Source: Flexilinea sp. (GTDB taxonomy: Bacteria; Bacteroidota; Bacteroidia; Bacteroidales; Paludibacteraceae). Taken from it: 64,000 nucleotides of DNA. Below the pieces are notes generated by a model that worked only from the letters and a program-made list of their open reading frames with translations, made no database searches and was not told where the DNA came from. A program made the translations under genes and the position numbers. This document shows, in pieces, positions 55,026 through 62,351 of this stretch. The stretch lies in the NCBI GenBank assembly GCA_963648205.1, contig CAVJCT010000038.1:434-64433 (forward strand), in the 5' to 3' direction. The first letter of the stretch is position 1; each line of letters opens with the position of its first letter.

Positions 55026-55483
55026 TATATTTCAGCGTCAGGGGTTAACAAATCACGAATCTCGCCGAAAGCACGCTCTAAATGGCTCATCTCTTTTGAG
55101 AGGAAGACATAAAAATCGTGCCATTGCTCCTTCTTATGAATATCCAAGCCCTCCTGCATACGATAAATGCGAGACACCATTGTACCACAAGGCTTTTCAA
55201 AGTCGTGCTGCCAAACAGCATCCGCAAAATACTGGTCGAACACAACCCGATATTTCTGCACGATGCCAAACATCTCTTCCCGGCGACGTTGGTCATTAAA
55301 TTCCAAAATCACGTATGCGCCATCACGAGTAGCGTCAAATTTCATCTCCACACCTTTGATTTTCGTGTTGTAAAGAATCCACTTCTTTTTACGGTACTTA
55401 AACCTTGGCAGATTCTCGCAAAAAGCGTCAAATCCGTTCCAAAAATCTCGTTTCAGCTGTTTTGCTTCCTCTCTCGTATACAT
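55025..55483 (-). CDS. DUF4268-like protein
   Basis: The N-terminus MYTREEAKQLKRDFWNGF matches the family pattern I recall for DUF4268. Its stop overlaps the next gene's start (TAATG at 55023-55027). Confidence 0.6.
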   Translation of the reverse strand: MYTREEAKQLKRDFWNGFDAFCENLPRFKYRKKKWILYNTKIKGVEMKFDATRDGAYVILEFNDQRRREEMFGIVQKYRVVFDQYFADAVWQHDFEKPCGTMVSRIYRMQEGLDIHKKEQWHDFYVFLSKEMSHLERAFGEIRDLLTPDAEI

Positions 55484-55488
55484 TGTAA

Positions 55489-55504
55489 TGGCGTTTTACT
55501 TGCA
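55489..55504 (+). promoter_or_regulatory. Sigma-54-type -24/-12 element candidate TGGCGTTTTACTTGCA
   Basis: TGGC and TTGC have the canonical GG-N10-GC spacing. It lies on the + strand, 118 nt upstream of the first FKBP gene. Chance occurrence cannot be excluded. Confidence 0.2.
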
Positions 55505-55510
55505 AAAATA
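55503..55510 (-). promoter_or_regulatory. Candidate -7 box TATTTTTG (minus strand) heading the 15-gene operon
   Basis: The reverse complement of CAAAAATA. Lies 20 nt upstream of the ATG at 55483. Confidence 0.4.
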
Positions 55511-55621
55511 AATTTATTTGTCTATATGGGAGTAAGTTTTGAGTTTAATCCGATAAAAAATTTTAAATTCGCACGGTAAAGCGGACACACAGTCCCTGTA
55601 ATATTTATAATAGTATATTGA

Positions 55622-56209
55622 ATGGATAAAATTAGTTACGCGTTGGGGCTTTCGATGGCATCGAACCTTCAAAACTCTGGTTTCAAAAATGTTGATTTGG
55701 AAAGTTTCATGAACGGAATGAACGCTGTTTTTCACCGTTTTCAACCAGAGATGAGTCTCGACGAGGCACACCAGATTTTGAGCCAACATTTCGCTAAAAT
55801 GCAAGCAGAGGCAGACGAAGCCAACAAAGAGGCTGGAAAGAAATTCTTGGAAGATAACGCTAAGAAGGAAGGCATCAAAGTTACGAAGAGCGGTTTGCAA
55901 TATGAAGTTTTGACGGAAGGTAAGGGCGACAAGCCTAAAGAGACTGACACCGTTCGTTGCCACTACGAGGGTAGATTGATCGACGGCAATGTTTTCGACA
56001 GCTCATTTAGAAGAAACCAACCTGCCGATTTCCCTGTCAATCAGGTGATTCCAGGATGGGTAGAGGCTTTGCAGTTGATGCCTGTAGGTTCAAAGTGGAG
56101 ATTGTACATTCCTTCAGACTTGGCATACGGAGAGCATGGTGCAGGCGACATTATCGGTCCAAACATGACTTTGATCTTCGACGTTGAGTTGTTGGAGATT
56201 TTGAAATAA
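55622..56209 (+). CDS. FKBP-type peptidyl-prolyl cis-trans isomerase (no signal peptide, FklB-like)
   Basis: Mip-like N-terminal helix followed by an FKBP domain (GRLIDGNVFDSS, VIPGWVEALQLMPVGSKWRLYIP, LIFDVELL). Confidence 0.9.
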   Translation: MDKISYALGLSMASNLQNSGFKNVDLESFMNGMNAVFHRFQPEMSLDEAHQILSQHFAKMQAEADEANKEAGKKFLEDNAKKEGIKVTKSGLQYEVLTEGKGDKPKETDTVRCHYEGRLIDGNVFDSSFRRNQPADFPVNQVIPGWVEALQLMPVGSKWRLYIPSDLAYGEHGAGDIIGPNMTLIFDVELLEILK

Positions 56210-56235
56210 TTCGAGAGATATTAAACATTTACAAT

Positions 56236-57012
56236 ATGCGAAAAGGTATTTTGATATTGGCGGTTTTGTCCGCCGTGTCTTTTGGTCCTTCAGCAATGGC
56301 GAAATCATCAAAAAAGGAGGCTGCCCAGTTGACAGAGAAAGACACTGTCAGTTATGCTATCGGTGTAGCGTTCGGACAAAGTGTTCGTGAGAACTTACAG
56401 CGTTTGCCTGGAACTCCTTACAACGAGACTTTGATGATGGAGGGACTGACAAAAGCATTTAAGAACGACACTGCTTCGATGATGGTTCCGCCCTCTTTAG
56501 CACAAGCGTACGTTTCGACTTACTTGAAAAAGGCACAAGAAGAAGCTGCGAAGAAGGCACAAACCGAGGGCGTCGCTTTCTTGGAGGCTAACAAAACGAA
56601 GCCAGGGGTGATAACCACCAACAGCGGACTCCAATACTTAGTGTTGGAACAAGGAAAGAGCGATGTTCGTCCAAGTGTTACAGACAAGGTGAAAGTCCAC
56701 TACAAAGGAACATTGATCGATGGCACCGTCTTCGACAGTTCTATTGATAGAGGTCAACCTATCGAGTTCGAGTTGAACCGAGTGATCAAAGGATGGACAG
56801 AAGGCTTGCAGTTGATGACTGTCGGATCAAAATACCGTTTCTTTATTCCACAAGAATTAGGTTACGGTGCACGTCCAACAGGTACGATTCCACCCTATTC
56901 AACTTTGATTTTCGATGTTGAACTTTTGGATGTAGGAAAGCCAACCACTGAGCAACCAGCCAGCAACGGTCCGAAATTCCAATTTCCAACCTACCAGAAA
57001 TCTGGCAAATAA
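56236..57012 (+). CDS. FKBP-type peptidyl-prolyl isomerase with Sec signal peptide (FkpA/Mip-like)
   Basis: Signal peptide MRKGILILAVLSAVSFGPSAMA. FKBP domain (GTLIDGTVFDSS, VIKGWTEGLQLM, LIFDVELL). Confidence 0.9.
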   Translation: MRKGILILAVLSAVSFGPSAMAKSSKKEAAQLTEKDTVSYAIGVAFGQSVRENLQRLPGTPYNETLMMEGLTKAFKNDTASMMVPPSLAQAYVSTYLKKAQEEAAKKAQTEGVAFLEANKTKPGVITTNSGLQYLVLEQGKSDVRPSVTDKVKVHYKGTLIDGTVFDSSIDRGQPIEFELNRVIKGWTEGLQLMTVGSKYRFFIPQELGYGARPTGTIPPYSTLIFDVELLDVGKPTTEQPASNGPKFQFPTYQKSGK

Positions 57013-57053
57013 TTATTTCACGAAAGAAAAAACAATAAAATAAACAAAAAGAA

Positions 57054-57794
57054 ATGAAGAAATTATCCTTAATGGCAGCAGCAATTGCTTCTGTCGGATT
57101 CATGGCCTCATGTGGTTGTGACATTGAAAATGCGAAGGTTGTATCACACATTGACACAGCATCATACGCTTTAGGTTTGAACCAAGGTTCGACGCTCCAC
57201 CAGCAGATTGAGACATTGCCAGGAGAGAAGATCAACGTTGACGCATTCTTGAAGGGATTCGTTGCAGCAATGAAGAGCGACGATGCCAACATCACGATGA
57301 ATGAAGAAGAGTGCGTTAAGATTCTCCAGAATTATTTCGGAGAATTGGAATCTATCCGCCGCGATGAAATGGAGAAAGAGGCAATCAGAACAAAACTCCA
57401 AGCAGATAGCGCATTGCAAGCCAACAAGGCAAAAGAAGGCGTTGTCGTAACTGAGAGCGGTTTGCAATACCGTGTCATCACTGAAGGAACAGGAATCCAA
57501 CCAACAATAGAGGACACAGTTCAAGTGTTGTACACCGGTAGAACAATCGACGGAAAGGTATTCGACTCTACAGACCTCCGTGATGGACAACCTGCAACCT
57601 TCCCACTTGCTGGCAATATTCCAGGATTCTCAGAAGGAGTTCAGTTGATGAAAGAAGGTGCAAAATACGAGTTCTTGCTCCCTGCAGAGTTGGCATACGG
57701 CGAGCGTGGTGCCGGACCAGAGATCAAGCCAAACTCAGCATTGTTCTTCGAGGTTGAGTTGGTAAAGGTTCTTCCTGCAAAGAAACAGAAATAG
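57054..57794 (+). CDS. FKBP-type peptidyl-prolyl isomerase lipoprotein
   Basis: Lipobox GFMASCG. FKBP domain (GRTIDGKVFDST, NIPGFSEGVQLM, LFFEVELV). Confidence 0.9.
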   Translation: MKKLSLMAAAIASVGFMASCGCDIENAKVVSHIDTASYALGLNQGSTLHQQIETLPGEKINVDAFLKGFVAAMKSDDANITMNEEECVKILQNYFGELESIRRDEMEKEAIRTKLQADSALQANKAKEGVVVTESGLQYRVITEGTGIQPTIEDTVQVLYTGRTIDGKVFDSTDLRDGQPATFPLAGNIPGFSEGVQLMKEGAKYEFLLPAELAYGERGAGPEIKPNSALFFEVELVKVLPAKKQK

Positions 57795-57836
57795 ACTAAG
57801 TAATAATACGGGACAATAAGAATCCTATAGGAATTA

Positions 57837-57866
57837 GGGAGTGGCATTCGACGCTGCTCCCTTTTT
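57837..57866 (+). terminator. Weak intrinsic terminator after the FKBP array
   Basis: A 5-bp stem pairs GGGAG (57837-57841) with CTCCC (57857-57861), followed by TTTTT. Confidence 0.4.
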
Positions 57867-57940
57867 GTCGATACGATATAGTTAGATAAAAAATTACAGC
57901 AAATTGATAAAAATAGAGTGTCGTATCGTAGAAAAACTAT

Positions 57941-57948
57941 TATATTTG
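57941..57948 (+). promoter_or_regulatory. Candidate -7 box TATATTTG for the Lrp/AsnC gene
   Basis: Matches TAnnTTTG. Lies 23 nt upstream of the ATG at 57971. An inverted repeat, CGATACGA (57869-57876) / TCGTATCG (57921-57928), lies just upstream. Confidence 0.4.
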
Positions 57949-57970
57949 TGTCAGATTGTAAACTTAAAAT

Positions 57971-58429
57971 ATGGATAAAATAGATGACTTAGACCGGGAT
58001 ATCTTGATGATTATAACCAAGAATGCTCGAATTCCATTTAAAGATGTTGCAGCTGAGTGTGGAGTCTCAAGAGCGGCGATTCACCAACGTGTGCAGCATT
58101 TATTTGACTTGGGCGTTATAATCGGATCTGGGTATCATGTCAACCCTAAGATTTTGGGTTATCAGACATGTACCTACATAGGTATCAAATTGGAAAAAGG
58201 ATCTATGTACACAGAGGTGGTGCCAGAGTTGGAGAAGATTCCTGAGATTGTTGAATGCCACTTTACGACAGGTCCTTACACAATGATGATTAAACTCTAT
58301 GCAAGAGACAACGAACACTTGATGCAGTTGTTGAATGGTAAGATTCAGAGTATCAAGGGCGTATCTGCGACGGAAACGCTTATTTGCTTAGAGCAGAGCA
58401 TTAAAAGAGAGTTGCCTATCTCTCTTTGA
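57971..58429 (+). CDS. Lrp/AsnC family transcriptional regulator
   Basis: N-terminal HTH (LDRDILMIITKNARIPFKDVAAECGVSRAAIHQRV) plus a C-terminal RAM-type domain. 152 aa. Confidence 0.9.
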   Translation: MDKIDDLDRDILMIITKNARIPFKDVAAECGVSRAAIHQRVQHLFDLGVIIGSGYHVNPKILGYQTCTYIGIKLEKGSMYTEVVPELEKIPEIVECHFTTGPYTMMIKLYARDNEHLMQLLNGKIQSIKGVSATETLICLEQSIKRELPISL

Positions 58430-58470
58430 AAAATCACTCCGAAAGGAGGTTATTCACATGTCCTTAAGAT

Positions 58471-58505
58471 GGTCGGTATTCTGTTGATGCCGACCTATTT
58501 TTTTG
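58471..58505 (+). terminator. Intrinsic terminator after the Lrp/AsnC gene
   Basis: A 6-bp stem pairs GGTCGG (58471-58476) with CCGACC (58490-58495), followed by TATTTTTTT. Confidence 0.55.
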
Positions 58506-58520
58506 TCAGCATACACATTG

Positions 58521-58558
58521 CAAAACAAAAAGAGTAGCAGAATTATCTTCCGCTACTC
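58521..58558 (-). terminator. Intrinsic terminator after the 50-aa ORF
   Basis: On the minus strand a 7-bp stem pairs GAGTAGC with GCTACTC (58552-58558 / 58532-58538), followed by TTTTTGTTTTG. The stem overlaps the TAG stop. Confidence 0.55.
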
Positions 58559-58705
58559 CTCATTATACATTTCATCTACTGTGATAGTACCGCCGCCACT
58601 ATCATTCAGTTTATTTGCGGCACTGCTTATGCCAGCCTGCGCCAACATAAGTAGTCCCACTGAGATGGCAATCATCATGGCGATATTTCGCTTGACTCTC
58701 TGCAT
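58553..58705 (-). CDS. Small secreted peptide candidate, 50 aa (below the ORF-track cutoff)
   Basis: Hand translation gives MQRVKRNIAMMIAISVGLLMLAQAGISSAANKLNDSGGGTITVDEMYNEE. It has a signal-peptide-like N-terminus with an AQA site. It starts 12 nt after the upstream T9SS gene's stop, and a terminator follows directly. Confidence 0.4.
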   Translation of the reverse strand: MQRVKRNIAMMIAISVGLLMLAQAGISSAANKLNDSGGGTITVDEMYNEE

Positions 58706-58717
58706 ATCCCGAAAGTT

Positions 58718-59233
58718 TTATTTTTTAGTGAATTTCAAGTATGATTTCTCAACCTCGAGCAAGTAAACACCAGATTTCATTGCGCTTGCATCAATATCCG
58801 CGCCATTCTCAGTCTTACCCGACTTAACAACGCCACCCTTCAGGTTGTAGATTGTATAAGCAAACTCACCCTCCAAGTCGGTCTGCAAAGAGAAAACATC
58901 CACTACAGGATTAGGATAAACGGCTACCGAAGGAGAAGACGACAAGACCTTCTCATCTCCTAAGCCAGAGACCTCGACTGTGGCAAATGTGATCTTATTC
59001 ACCTTGCTAAGGGCATTAGAAGAGACACTTGCGCCATTTCCCGTAGCATCCACCACAATATCATCACCAGAGAAATACATCTTTCCACCGTCATACATTG
59101 TATATGCCTGTGTGCCTGTTGTCAGTTCCATAGTCACCTTAGTGGCAGTTCCTGCATTAACCGCCATAGCAGTCAACATGGCTACCGCGCCACCTAAGAT
59201 TCTCGCTACTATCTTCTTACTTTTCATATCCAT
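58718..59233 (-). CDS. Small T9SS-sorted secreted protein, function unknown
   Basis: Signal peptide plus a C-terminal Por/T9SS sorting domain (VAVYPNPVVDVFSL...YTIYNLKGGVV...SGVYLLEV). I take the ATG at 59231-59233, because the tracked start is GTG. An ATG at 59227 is also possible. Confidence 0.8.
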   Translation of the reverse strand: MDMKSKKIVARILGGAVAMLTAMAVNAGTATKVTMELTTGTQAYTMYDGGKMYFSGDDIVVDATGNGASVSSNALSKVNKITFATVEVSGLGDEKVLSSSPSVAVYPNPVVDVFSLQTDLEGEFAYTIYNLKGGVVKSGKTENGADIDASAMKSGVYLLEVEKSYLKFTKK

Positions 59234-59417
59234 CAGATTTAAAAAGTTAATACTTTGTTTACACTGCACTTCCTCTTTTGTGCGTGGTAAAATTATTGAT
59301 AGCAGAGGGTAAGCGATACTTATTTCAATGAAAGAGATTTATTTCCGTCAGAATTACCTTTTTTATCGTTTAGTAACGATTTTAGGACGATATTCTTCAG
59401 CGAATAACGCATAAAGT

Positions 59418-59456
59418 ACAAAAAGCAAGTGCCTTACGGAGATCCGCAAGGCACTT
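59418..59456 (-). terminator. Intrinsic terminator after the beta-helix protein gene
   Basis: A 9-bp outer stem pairs AAGTGCCTT with AAGGCACTT (59427-59435 / 59448-59456), with an inner CGG/CCG pairing. On the minus strand it is followed by GCTTTTTG. Confidence 0.6.
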
Positions 59457-59479
59457 AAAAAGAGCTATTTTAATGTTCT

Positions 59480-61039
59480 TTATTTAATCACAACCTTCTG
59501 AACAGAGTCATTTGTACGTACGACATAGACACCACGAAGCGAACCGTTCATCCTCGTTACATCACGACCAAGGAGGTCGTAGATGCGGAAGTCGCCCTCG
59601 CAGTAGACATAGCCTTCAGCAACATACAAATTATTAATTTGGACATCGCTCACCTCCGATTCCTCACCAGGAACTGGAATGGCAGGCGTTGAAACCTGAC
59701 TCAAACCATTCTTGAAGTGATAGCCGAGAGCCTTGTAAGTGCCGTTGGTCTCAGCGAACCCGTCAGGATTAGGACTACCATCAGCGTTTCTCCATACTGT
59801 GTGGAAATCAGTTCCCATCGCAGGGACGCTGAGCGTCATGAACTCCGAATCCGTTGGGGTAACCACATCACCAAGTTTCGCACCATTCGTCATAGTGGTC
59901 GAACTCTTTGCATAGTAGTATTTGGAGTTGTAGTAGATGGAGTTCGCCATAGTGCCAACGAACTTATCGTTAGAGACTTTCAAGCCCGACGCACCGAGAC
60001 TTGACACCTTGTCTTTGTTATAGTACGAAATGACATAGTCGAATTTCGTATTGCCATCCGTGCAACGATAAGTCATGAAGTTCGACTTGCCATTGCCACC
60101 CACGCCATTGTTGTAGGCGGTGCAGTTTTTCAGGCTTCCCAATTTTGGGTTGTTATTGTCGGTGAATCCACTATTGAGGTTCTCAAATGCAAGGCAGTTC
60201 TCCACTACATGGGCAGAACCAACGCCTGAACCACCGAGTTTGAAGCCGTTACCATCACAATCGCCGTAGCCCTCGCCAAACTCCGTGAAACCGTTACGGA
60301 AGGCGATACAGTTTCTGAGCGTAACAACTCCGATTGGACCCGTTGCTGATTTTGCGAACAAATCCCAACCATCGTCCGAGTTGTTGTATGACATACAACC
60401 ATCAAACACGTTACCCTCACCACAAGTGAGTTTTGCAGCGAATCCGTCAGCATTCTCCATCGTTGCGTCATCACAGTTGTTCTTCGACGTACAGTTCTTG
60501 ATAATGTTGTTAGACGGCCATTCCGAGATGGATGAAGCCGATGTACGATAACGCGAAAGTTGGAGTCCCGAATCTTGGTTGTCGTTGAACAGCATCATCT
60601 CGATGATGTTATTGTTACCAGAAAGCAACATTCCGTTATCGGCAGCCTTTGTGATTTCAAAGCCGTAGAAACGCCAGTAGTTGCCATCCAGCACTACGCC
60701 ACGCTTTGAACCGTCGGCAGCACCCTGACCAGAGAAGTTCCATACCACCTTGGCATTGTTGTATGGCATAATCGTCTTGTAGCCCGACGACGTGCCATAG
60801 TTGTTCTGGTCGATGACAATCGTCTCGCTAAACTTGTAAGTTCCCTCGAGAAGATAAATTGTACCTCCAGCAGTCACATTAGAGATTGCGTCAACAACAC
60901 TTGTTGGTGAACTCGCTGTTGAGCCATCGCCACCTCCATTGGGTGAACAATAGATGTCCGAAGACATTGCCGAAACACTGGCTACCGTTGAAAAAAGCAT
61001 AGCAACGGTAGGCACAAAAAATTTTGTGGATCTAAGCAT
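59480..61039 (-). CDS. Right-handed parallel beta-helix protein, PL9-like pectate lyase candidate, with T9SS C-terminal sorting domain
   Basis: Signal peptide, then repeated beta-helix rungs with N/D/G ladders (NNIIKNCTSKNNCDD, GWDLFAK, GNGFKLGG, VENCLAFEN). The CTD-like C-terminus is FRIYDLLGRDV...GVYVVRT. Confidence 0.65.
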   Translation of the reverse strand: MLRSTKFFVPTVAMLFSTVASVSAMSSDIYCSPNGGGDGSTASSPTSVVDAISNVTAGGTIYLLEGTYKFSETIVIDQNNYGTSSGYKTIMPYNNAKVVWNFSGQGAADGSKRGVVLDGNYWRFYGFEITKAADNGMLLSGNNNIIEMMLFNDNQDSGLQLSRYRTSASSISEWPSNNIIKNCTSKNNCDDATMENADGFAAKLTCGEGNVFDGCMSYNNSDDGWDLFAKSATGPIGVVTLRNCIAFRNGFTEFGEGYGDCDGNGFKLGGSGVGSAHVVENCLAFENLNSGFTDNNNPKLGSLKNCTAYNNGVGGNGKSNFMTYRCTDGNTKFDYVISYYNKDKVSSLGASGLKVSNDKFVGTMANSIYYNSKYYYAKSSTTMTNGAKLGDVVTPTDSEFMTLSVPAMGTDFHTVWRNADGSPNPDGFAETNGTYKALGYHFKNGLSQVSTPAIPVPGEESEVSDVQINNLYVAEGYVYCEGDFRIYDLLGRDVTRMNGSLRGVYVVRTNDSVQKVVIK

Positions 61040-61199
61040 AAAAATGGTTTTAGTTAGTAATATGATATAAATGCAAGTCTTAAAAGACTTTCGTGTTCGT
61101 GTAATGGTCTAAACGTCCGCAAAAATAAGAATTATTTCAACAATTCAAAACATTACATCAAGAAAAATTACAACTATTTCCATTTTAACATTTTTCGCC

Positions 61200-62324
61200 C
61201 TATCTCACCTGATTCGCATAGATTCCTAAAAAGATTTTTTCAATGTCGCTTCTATCCCCTTCCAAATCCAATGCATCCAAGCCGTTCTTCATATATTCAA
61301 CAAACTTTTCCTTGTCTTCTTTTGTGTAGAACTCGTTGAAATTCACTGCGTTATTCAGCAAATCATGGGCAATGAAATTGTTTTTGAAAAGTTTATGATG
61401 ACCGTTGATTCGCTCGTCGATGATTCGTCCCAACTCCTCAAATTTCTCCTTTTTCTCCTTCCTGTCGCAATGTTCCAACTCTGCACGAGTGATCGGTGGC
61501 GTTACAGACAAGTGAATTTGACCCTTCTTTTGTCTGATACCCGTCAAAATACTGTTGAAATCCTCACCTTCACTCTTCTCGTAGCGTAAATGACGAGAGA
61601 TATACAGCTCTGCCGTTTTGTAGAAATCGCACGGTTCATACTCGTATGAAATAGAAATCGGTGTGATGTGCAGTTCGTCCAAATTGTCCACAAAGTCTTT
61701 TTCGCTACTCAACGAGAACATTTTCAGCACACCAATTTCAGTTTGGTCAATACCATTTTTCGTTCGTCCATTTCGTTGAGCGATCCAAACAGACTCATCT
61801 TGCTCCGTTACGACGTGGCGCATGTAGGCAGAGACTTCCAATGAATTTCGATAGAAATCGCGTGCATTTCCCCCTCTGATGATTCGGAACATTTTGTTCA
61901 ATTTGCCGACATTCACCACCATATCACCCTTCATCAAATTACTTCCAAAAGTGATTTGACAAGTGTCTATGCCATGCTGATAAAGAAGGACATCCAACAA
62001 CGCAGCATCCAACATAATATCGCGGTGATTGGCAATGAAGATATGGCGAGTTTTATTGTCTATATTTTCAAAGCCGTCGCTTGTCAAACCGTCTGAGGTC
62101 TTCTTCACAATTGCACAAATTGCCATCAACATAACCTGCTCTTGAAACTCCTTCACGGTTTTAATCTGAAGCAGACTCTGTTTCACCATCTCCACATCCG
62201 CTCCTGGTTGTAAATAATTGACTACTAAAGGGAAATAGGCATCATTCACAACCGTTGATATGGCTTGTGGCACCTCCTCATCACGATAAGGGCGAAGCGC
62301 ATCAAAATCGAAACTTTTATCCAT
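61200..62324 (-). CDS. PlsC-family (glycerolipid/lysophospholipid) acyltransferase
   Basis: HX4D motif HRDIMLD at 62007-62027. 374 aa, with no obvious TM segment. Confidence 0.75.
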   Translation of the reverse strand: MDKSFDFDALRPYRDEEVPQAISTVVNDAYFPLVVNYLQPGADVEMVKQSLLQIKTVKEFQEQVMLMAICAIVKKTSDGLTSDGFENIDNKTRHIFIANHRDIMLDAALLDVLLYQHGIDTCQITFGSNLMKGDMVVNVGKLNKMFRIIRGGNARDFYRNSLEVSAYMRHVVTEQDESVWIAQRNGRTKNGIDQTEIGVLKMFSLSSEKDFVDNLDELHITPISISYEYEPCDFYKTAELYISRHLRYEKSEGEDFNSILTGIRQKKGQIHLSVTPPITRAELEHCDRKEKKEKFEELGRIIDERINGHHKLFKNNFIAHDLLNNAVNFNEFYTKEDKEKFVEYMKNGLDALDLEGDRSDIEKIFLGIYANQVR

Positions 62325-62351
62325 CTACAATTTGTTTTCTATATTTTCAAA

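Noticed and set aside
55514-55963. 149-aa minus-strand ORF overlapping the first FKBP gene and the divergent promoter region.
   Set aside because: It is antisense to a strongly supported FKBP CDS and has no recognisable motifs.
57869-57928. Inverted repeat CGATACGA / TCGTATCG upstream of the Lrp/AsnC gene, considered as a possible autoregulatory site.
   Set aside because: Only 8 bp match and the arms are 44 nt apart. I mention it in the promoter feature, but it is too short to claim as a binding site.
58503-58766. 87-aa + strand ORF between the Lrp gene and the T9SS cargo gene.
   Set aside because: It starts inside the Lrp terminator T-run and overlaps the 3' end of the T9SS gene. It has no start context. 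The opposite-strand 50-aa ORF has a signal peptide and a terminator, so I favour that one.
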